Shown: in pieces, positions 1-5,732 of the stretch
Position numbering within the stretch: position 1 is the stretch's first letter
How the letters are laid out: each line of letters begins with the position of its first letter
Assembly (NCBI GenBank): GCA_049971805.1
Contig: JBMFKU010000015.1
Coordinates: 16,114 to 35,429 of the forward strand
From: Caldisphaera sp.
GTDB lineage: Archaea; Thermoproteota; Thermoprotei_A; Sulfolobales; Acidilobaceae
DNA length: 19,316 nucleotides
Direction: 5' to 3'
Position numbers and translations under genes: made by a program
Notes under the pieces: generated by a model
Databases searched by the model: none
What the model was told of the DNA's origin: nothing
What the model saw: only the letters and a program-made list of their open reading frames with translations

Positions 1-343
1 GTAACTTTTCCTTACTTTTAATCACTTCTAATTCAGCCTGGCCTCTTAAGGGATCATAAACCTTCACCCTTAAATTATTGGAGCTAGTTGAGGGAAACAC
101 CACTACTTTCCTATCTACCCTTTTCACAAGGTTAAGAGGAGATATTGAGTTCCTCTCCAATAGGGCATCCTTACCTACCAAATACCTATTATTTACCTTC
201 ACAACCTTAATACCATTATGAGCAGAGCCCGTCATCAGGTAGGGATTAAAAGCCTTGACAACCCTCTCAACGACCTGCCTGTCCTTGCCTAGCCTCTCGC
301 CAAATATTTTGGCAACCTCGCTTGGCGTTAGGTACCTCTCCAC
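1..343 (-). pseudogene. Open ORF running off the window edge (at least 114 aa): IS607 TnpA N-terminus apparently fused to a TnpB/OrfB-like C-terminal fragment
   Basis: GTG at 343 follows an in-frame TAG at 361-359. Translation: MERYLTPSEVAKIFGERLGKDRQVVERVVKAFNPYLMTGSAHNGIKVVKVNNRYLVGKDALLERNSISPLNLVKRVDRKVVVFPSTSSNNLRVKVYDPLRGQAELEVIKSKEKL. The first 15 aa resemble the MerR-type HTH start of crenarchaeal IS607 TnpA. GIKVVKVN and ERNSISPLNL resemble the TnpB GIxVxxVxP and DRDxNAAxNI segments. Recognised from memory, not searched. Confidence 0.6.
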
Positions 344-359
344 GACATTTCCACAGTAC

Positions 360-400
360 TAGAAGTGATTGGAAGTATTTAAAAGTTATGCAAAGGTGCC
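360..400. repeat. Subterminal repeat array of the IS607-like element (inverted copy at 1-30)
   Basis: 361 AGAAGTGATT, 371 GGAAGTATTT, 381 AAAAGTTATG, 391 CAAAGGTGCC. The reverse complement of 1-30 is TAGAAGTGAT TAAAAGTAAG GAAAAGTTAC. Confidence 0.7.
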
Positions 401-635
401 AAGTCTTAGTAATAATTTTTTAAAACCTTATTTTAGCTATTATTTTATTTATTTAAAAATTAATAGTTAATTTCTTTAGTATCAGCTAAATTCTAATAAA
501 ACCTCAATATAATATGGATTATCGTTAATATTTATTCTATTCGATAAATTTTCTTATATTTTAATAATATTTTTCAAATTTATAGTCTTTATTATTCCTT
601 ATAAAGTGCTCCATTAGTAATAAAGATTATAATCG

Positions 636-743
636 CTATCTCTTTTTTCTTTTCTTACTGCTTATTATGTTAACAAAACTTAAATAAAAGGAGTATATTA
701 TTAAAATCCCTACTATTAACAATAGAAACTGTTCGATAGACAA
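636..743 (-). CDS. Candidate 35-aa single-pass membrane protein with a polybasic tail
   Basis: TTG at 743, 1 nt after the mvk TAA; stop TAG at 638-636. Sequence MSIEQFLLLIVGILIIYSFYLSFVNIISSKKRKKR: about 22 uncharged residues followed by KKRKKR. Confidence 0.4.
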   Translation of the reverse strand: MSIEQFLLLIVGILIIYSFYLSFVNIISSKKRKKR

Positions 744-744
744 T

Positions 745-1722
745 TTAATAACCCATTGAAATTAAGTTTGCTCCCTGTTGGCTGATCTTTAATTTGCTTG
801 CCCAATTTGTACAGCATTTAATCCTTTCCAACACGTTGTTTATCTTGTTGCTTGGTGATAAAATTATTATAGAACCCCCTCTACCTGCCCCAGTTAACTT
901 TGCTCCTATCGCGCCTGCACTTCTGCTCCTGTATATAACTTCTTCCAATTCTGAAGAGGAAACACCTATGGAGTTTAGTAAACCCTGATTTATATTCATT
1001 AAATTTCCAAGGGTTTCGTAGTCACTATTGTTGATTGCTTCATTTGCTAAATCGATTATCCTATCGGCCGCATCGTAAATTAATGATAGAACTGGCCATA
1101 ATTTTTCTGAAAGTAATAGAACGTCTCTAACTGGGACTGAAGTGCTTCTTTTTATTCCTGTGTCTGCAACAATTAATGAGTAATTATCTGAAAATAATGA
1201 GTTAATTTTGGATAATATACCTACATCTCTTTTATAAACAGATATACCTCCATATGTAACTGCAGCACTGTCAACACCGCTGGGATTGCCATGAGTTACC
1301 TTTTCTGCCTCATGAGATAATGAAAATAACTCTTTATCGTTTAATTTATATCCAAGTAAAGCAGTATATGCTAGACTAAAGGCTGCTGCGCTTGCAGCAC
1401 TTGATCCTAGGCCTGCTGACATGGGGATTTCACTAGATATAATTGCTTTAAAAGGAGAAATCTGGAATCCCCATGTTTTTAATACTGATAATATTTTAGC
1501 AAATGGTTCTAATTCCTTTGATCCGATAAGCTTTAAATCACTTGTTATTTTCCCTCTTATGTTTGTTCCTTTGCTTATTATTTCTGCAGGCCATTGGGAT
1601 TCTTCAATCTCAACTTTAGCATATAAATCTATTGCAGCAACTAATGCCTTTGAACCCCTTACCACGAAATGCTCTCCAAATAATATAATTTTTCCTGGCG
1701 AAATTGCTATAGCTTTATTCAT
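745..1722 (-). CDS. mvk: Mevalonate kinase (GHMP family)
   Basis: Motifs PGKIILFGEHFVV, PMSAGLGSSAA, HGNPSGVD and GAKLTGAGRGG. ATG 1722 chosen because GGTGA (1732-1728) lies 5 nt upstream; ATG 1725 and GTG 1731 are alternatives. Overlaps the stop of the upstream gene. Confidence 0.95.
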   Translation of the reverse strand: MNKAIAISPGKIILFGEHFVVRGSKALVAAIDLYAKVEIEESQWPAEIISKGTNIRGKITSDLKLIGSKELEPFAKILSVLKTWGFQISPFKAIISSEIPMSAGLGSSAASAAAFSLAYTALLGYKLNDKELFSLSHEAEKVTHGNPSGVDSAAVTYGGISVYKRDVGILSKINSLFSDNYSLIVADTGIKRSTSVPVRDVLLLSEKLWPVLSLIYDAADRIIDLANEAINNSDYETLGNLMNINQGLLNSIGVSSSELEEVIYRSRSAGAIGAKLTGAGRGGSIIILSPSNKINNVLERIKCCTNWASKLKISQQGANLISMGY

Positions 1723-3196
1723 CATATTCACCTTTCCATATTGGCATTATTATCGGCTCATCTTGAATATAGGACTTACCTAATTTTAAAGCTATTTCTG
1801 CCTTTGATAATTCATAGCCAAGATAGGCTATGTGATCCTTTGAAATGTCAGTTCTTTTAGCTATTTCCCTTGCCAGGCTTAGTGCATGATTGCCTTCTAT
1901 GGCTGCAACTATTTTTCCATCTTTTTTGTACAAAACTTTGATTGTTTTCCTATCATGGTCTACAAATATTTGTATGTATTCGCTTAAATTATAATCTGGT
2001 GGTATGTAACCTATATATTCTGTATTAACTTTATCTCCTATTTCTAAAGGTGGATCACTTTGTTTAACTATTAAAAGCTTACTATAAAGTCCCCTTGGTG
2101 ATGACTTTAATGAATAAGAAGTTTCTGCTATTCTTAAAGATTCCTTCGCTTCAGCAGTTCCTCTATATGACTTATAAGTTTCTTCTACAACTAAATATAA
2201 TGATGCCCCGAGTTCTGTAGAGATAATGCTTAGCATTGCATGTAGTCCATGCGTATCCGATTCCATCTCTTCAGTTACATCGGCCGCTGAAAACATTATA
2301 GGGGTTTGAATCATATCCCTAGCTTTTATGTATCTCTCAATACTGCTTACAAAATCAATTATTGGTATACCTACTACAGGATCTATAATTACATTAATTC
2401 CTTTTTTACTTAATAGATTATAGGCATTGTTTAAAGCATCAAAGCTCCTGCTTCCTATTATTATTGAAAAATTTTTTGGAAACATATCAATAAAGTTTAT
2501 TGATTCTTCTGCAGATATGCTAATTCCTTCGATATCTTCAGACAGATATCCCTCTATTTGCTCTTTATTTGAGACCTCTACGATTACTGGAGCATATCTT
2601 TTTGCAATTTTTATTTTTTGTTTTATTTCACTTATATCTTTATTTATATTAGATCCAATCATCAAAATTTTCGCTCCGTCTTCTACGTAACGTTTTGCTA
2701 GCTTATCTGTTTTCAGAACCTCTATATCAGATATTATTTCGGAGATAATATGAGTTGGAGGACCTCTGATTGGTATATCAACATTTGAAATTTTAAATGC
2801 AATCTTATAGCTTAATTTTGGCTGTATTTCTCCCATCATTTCTTCGGCACTTTTTATCTTGTCAAGCTTACCTCCATTCGAAATAAAATCTAGAGCATAA
2901 GGTAAGTTTCCTAAAGATCTAGGGCCTTTATATGTTGTTTTGTTTATTAAATTTTCGATCACTTCAGTACTACCATTTACAAGCCCAGGTATTATAATCA
3001 TATCTGATTTTTTTATTTTATCTAGTATTTCATTTCTTCTTAATATTATTTTGGATATAGCTTTTGTATCTAAAATAGAGATTACAGGTATTGGCAGGGC
3101 CAAAATATCAACATCTAAATTTGATCTGTTATCGTTAGTAACTACTTCTTTTACCATCTGCTCTGCCGTCTTGCTTGTTAATATTGATATCTTCAT
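1715..3196 (-). CDS. Archaeal dihydropteroate synthase-like (pterin-binding) protein with a C-terminal DUF4346-type domain
   Basis: About 495 aa with the MJ0107-like architecture: N-terminal domain (IIIPG, KGP), pterin-binding barrel (IIDPVV, DVTEEMESDTHG, ELGAS, EETYKS) and C-terminal HIAYLGYELSKAEIALKLGKSYIQD. Start is ATG 3196 or GTG 3205. Confidence 0.85.
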   Translation of the reverse strand: MKISILTSKTAEQMVKEVVTNDNRSNLDVDILALPIPVISILDTKAISKIILRRNEILDKIKKSDMIIIPGLVNGSTEVIENLINKTTYKGPRSLGNLPYALDFISNGGKLDKIKSAEEMMGEIQPKLSYKIAFKISNVDIPIRGPPTHIISEIISDIEVLKTDKLAKRYVEDGAKILMIGSNINKDISEIKQKIKIAKRYAPVIVEVSNKEQIEGYLSEDIEGISISAEESINFIDMFPKNFSIIIGSRSFDALNNAYNLLSKKGINVIIDPVVGIPIIDFVSSIERYIKARDMIQTPIMFSAADVTEEMESDTHGLHAMLSIISTELGASLYLVVEETYKSYRGTAEAKESLRIAETSYSLKSSPRGLYSKLLIVKQSDPPLEIGDKVNTEYIGYIPPDYNLSEYIQIFVDHDRKTIKVLYKKDGKIVAAIEGNHALSLAREIAKRTDISKDHIAYLGYELSKAEIALKLGKSYIQDEPIIMPIWKGEYDE

Positions 3197-3208
3197 CCTG
3201 CTCACTTC

Positions 3209-3223
3209 TGGATAGCCTATCCA
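3209..3223. promoter_or_regulatory. Palindromic candidate operator at the 5' end of the DHPS-like/mvk operon
   Basis: TGGATAG-C-CTATCCA: perfect 7-bp arms, between a minus-strand TATA-like CTTATTAA (3248-3241) and the start codon. Confidence 0.4.
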
Positions 3224-3432
3224 ATATATATTACCTAAGATTAATAAGCCTAAACTTTTAATACATTTCCCAGCAATGTTTGTTATAACCCAAAATAATA
3301 TTTTTTAATAACAAGTTAACAACTAATAATATTATTTTAGCTAAAGATTCTTATTTTCCGAAAGCCTAATGATGTATTTGCATGTAGGATAACGTATTAT
3401 AGAGAGAAAAATAGAATAAACTGGGGATAAAA

Positions 3433-3756
3433 ATGAAATTTAAGTTGTGTGCATCAAAACAGTTAAGCGTTGCAATGAAGATAGAAGACATGGGTTACGG
3501 ACTTCATGGACATGATATAGATGTTGAAGTATGTGTTTGCCTAGATTATGATAAAGGATTGCTAGATATAGAATACCTCGATAATTATTTGGAGTCTTTG
3601 TTAAAGCCGTTAAATAGAAAGCCTCTGTGGGAGACTGTAGGAAATGAAGGTAAAATAGAAGATTTATTAATTTATATAAGAAATAACTTTAAAATTGAAG
3701 GACTATGTGAGTTGAAAGCAATCATACAAAATAAAGAAATTTACCTGGAGATTTAA
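3433..3756 (+). CDS. 6-pyruvoyl-tetrahydropterin synthase/QueD (COG0720, T-fold) family protein, divergent
   Basis: LHGHDIDVEVCV motif, size (107 aa) and the following GLLDI helix fit the family. GGGGA SD upstream. Several catalytic residues appear to be missing. Confidence 0.7.
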   Translation: MKFKLCASKQLSVAMKIEDMGYGLHGHDIDVEVCVCLDYDKGLLDIEYLDNYLESLLKPLNRKPLWETVGNEGKIEDLLIYIRNNFKIEGLCELKAIIQNKEIYLEI

Positions 3757-3777
3757 TTAGACAAAGAGATGATTAAA

Positions 3778-5085
3778 ATGGTAAAAGAATATAAACCACC
3801 AAAAGGGTTTAGGGATTTTCCACCAGAAGTTATGATATTAAGGAAGGATATCATATCAAGAGTAGAAAAGGTTTTTAAAAAGTATGGTTTTGATCCTTTG
3901 GAAACCCCAGCTATAGAATATTGGGAAACCCTATCTGGAAAATATGGCGATGAAGCAGAAAACAGACTAATATGGAAATTTAAAGATCCCTGGAGTGAAA
4001 GAGACTATGCATTAAGATATGATCTTACTGTACCACTTGCTAGATTTATTGCTTTACATCCGGAATTGCAGCTACCGTTTAAAAGATATCAAATAGGTCC
4101 TGTTTGGAGACATGAAGAACCTCAAAAAGGTAGATATAGAGAATTTTATCAGTGTGATGCTGATATAATAGGTTCTCAATATCCAGAAGCAGATGCAGAA
4201 ATGATAAATTTGATAATTGATTCGTTAAAGTCTCTAAGTTTTGAATCCGGATTTTCTATAAGATTAAATGACAGACGCCTTTTATATGGAATATTTGAGC
4301 ATGATTTGAAAATATCTTCCGTAATAAATATATATAGAATTATTGATAAGCTTGATAAGATAGGAATAAATAAAGTAAAAGAAGAGTTAAGAGAAGAGTT
4401 AAAAAATGAAGATGTGGTAGAAAAAATTTCCAATTTAATTAGTTTTAACGGGAAACCAGAAGAAGTTTTAAATGAGATTGATAAAAAATACAGCAATAAT
4501 AAATATGTAAAGGAAGCCTACAATCATTTAATTGAAATGGTTGATTTGATAAATGAATCGAAAAATGTTATAATAGATCTTAGCTTGGTAAGAGGTTTAG
4601 ATTATTACACTGGGCCAATATATGAAGTAGTATTAAAGGAACCAAAAATAGGAAGCGTTTCAGGGGGTGGAAGATACGATAAGCTTGCAGGCATTTTTGC
4701 AAATAAAGAATTACCAGCTACTGGGGGTAGCATAGGCATTGAAAGAATTATAGATGCCGGTTTAGAGCTTGGAATATATAATGTTGAAAGAAAGACTTAC
4801 ACAGATATACAAGTTATTTATTTGGATTATCAATATTACAAATATGCATGGAAAATAGCAAACAGATTAAGATCAGAGGGATTTAATGTAAGGATAGAAT
4901 TAAATAGAGTTAAAGAAGAAATACAGAGAAGAAAGGCAAATAAAATGAAAATTCCAATACTAATTTTTGTAGGAAAGCAAGAACAAGAGAGCAATACTTT
5001 AACAATATATTCCTTAAGCAATAATGAAAGGTTTACACTGAAGATTGAAGATAGTATTAGGAAAATCAGTGAATTATTAAGATAA
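3778..5085 (+). CDS. hisS: Histidine--tRNA ligase
   Basis: Motifs PKGFRDF, LRYDLTVPLAR, WRHEEPQKGRYREFYQCDAD, LVRGLDYYTG, GGGRYD and GGSIGIERI, plus a C-terminal anticodon-binding domain. Start is ATG 3778 or 3769. Confidence 0.98.
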   Translation: MVKEYKPPKGFRDFPPEVMILRKDIISRVEKVFKKYGFDPLETPAIEYWETLSGKYGDEAENRLIWKFKDPWSERDYALRYDLTVPLARFIALHPELQLPFKRYQIGPVWRHEEPQKGRYREFYQCDADIIGSQYPEADAEMINLIIDSLKSLSFESGFSIRLNDRRLLYGIFEHDLKISSVINIYRIIDKLDKIGINKVKEELREELKNEDVVEKISNLISFNGKPEEVLNEIDKKYSNNKYVKEAYNHLIEMVDLINESKNVIIDLSLVRGLDYYTGPIYEVVLKEPKIGSVSGGGRYDKLAGIFANKELPATGGSIGIERIIDAGLELGIYNVERKTYTDIQVIYLDYQYYKYAWKIANRLRSEGFNVRIELNRVKEEIQRRKANKMKIPILIFVGKQEQESNTLTIYSLSNNERFTLKIEDSIRKISELLR

Positions 5086-5115
5086 TAGATTAAATTGCTT
5101 TAAGTAATACATAAA

Positions 5116-5146
5116 TTTATTAACTTGGAGAACAATTGTTCTCTAT
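5116..5146 (+). promoter_or_regulatory. TATA box plus palindromic operator (copy 1)
   Basis: TTTATTAA at 5116-5123; perfect 16-bp palindrome GAGAACAATTGTTCTC at 5128-5143. A near-identical copy is at 12110-12128. Confidence 0.75.
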
Positions 5147-5156
5147 GGTGAACTAT

Positions 5157-5684
5157 ATGAGGCCGGCTCTGGTTATAGTAGACATGTTAAATGATTTTAT
5201 TATAGGTAAATTAAAAACACCTGAAGCAATTTTCACAGTAAAGCCTGCTAAGAAAACCATTGAATATTTTAGGAAAAGAGGATATCCAATATTTTATGTA
5301 AATGATTCCCATTACAAGGAAGACTTTGAAATACCATTATGGGGAGAACATGCAATGAAAAATAGTGAAGGGAATAAAATTTATGATGAGATTAAGCCAA
5401 GTGAAAAGGACTATGTTTTAGAAAAACACACATATAGCGGATTTTATGAAACGTCATTAGATTATCTATTAAGAACATTAAGGATAGATACTCTTTTCCT
5501 TATTGGATTAAATGCCGATATTTGTGTTAGGCACACAGCTGCTGATGCCTTTTTTAGGGGGTATAACATTTTTGTCGTAAGAGACGCAGTTGCTACAATG
5601 ATTGATAAAAATTGGGAAGAATACTACAAAAAGGTATATAATGCAAAAATAATAAATTCTGATGAATTAGAAAATTACATTTGA
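5157..5684 (+). CDS. Isochorismatase-family cysteine hydrolase, probable nicotinamidase
   Basis: Catalytic Asp-Lys-Cys triad in IVDMLNDF, EKHTYSGF and GLNADICV; PncA-like metal ligands in DSH and WGEHA. ATG 5157 is preceded by GGTGA (5147-5151). Confidence 0.9.
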   Translation: MRPALVIVDMLNDFIIGKLKTPEAIFTVKPAKKTIEYFRKRGYPIFYVNDSHYKEDFEIPLWGEHAMKNSEGNKIYDEIKPSEKDYVLEKHTYSGFYETSLDYLLRTLRIDTLFLIGLNADICVRHTAADAFFRGYNIFVVRDAVATMIDKNWEEYYKKVYNAKIINSDELENYI

Positions 5685-5732
5685 ATCTTTTATTAACATC
5701 TAAATTTAATTGATTTTCTATCCCAAAGTATA

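Larger units (their letters stand above)
1..400 (-). mobile_element. Non-autonomous, internally deleted IS607-family element (MITE-like); one end near 400, the other probably about 10 bp outside the window
   Basis: Hand count gives 170/400 = 42.5% GC, against 7/60 GC in 421-480. Bases 360-389 match the reverse complement of 1-30 at 24/30. Both ends carry AAGT cores in 10-bp phase. A GG (minus strand) at 399-400 lies at the composition boundary. The internal ORF starts like an IS607 TnpA HTH. Confidence 0.7.

Noticed and set aside
3292-3338. 11-bp inverted repeat AAAATAATATT...AATATTATTTT
   Set aside because: A/T only; expected by chance here.
3358-3430. Possible C/D-box sRNA (ATGATGT near 3369)
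   Set aside because: The C box is imperfect and there is no CTGA D box at a suitable distance. The same applies to ATGATGA near 14728.
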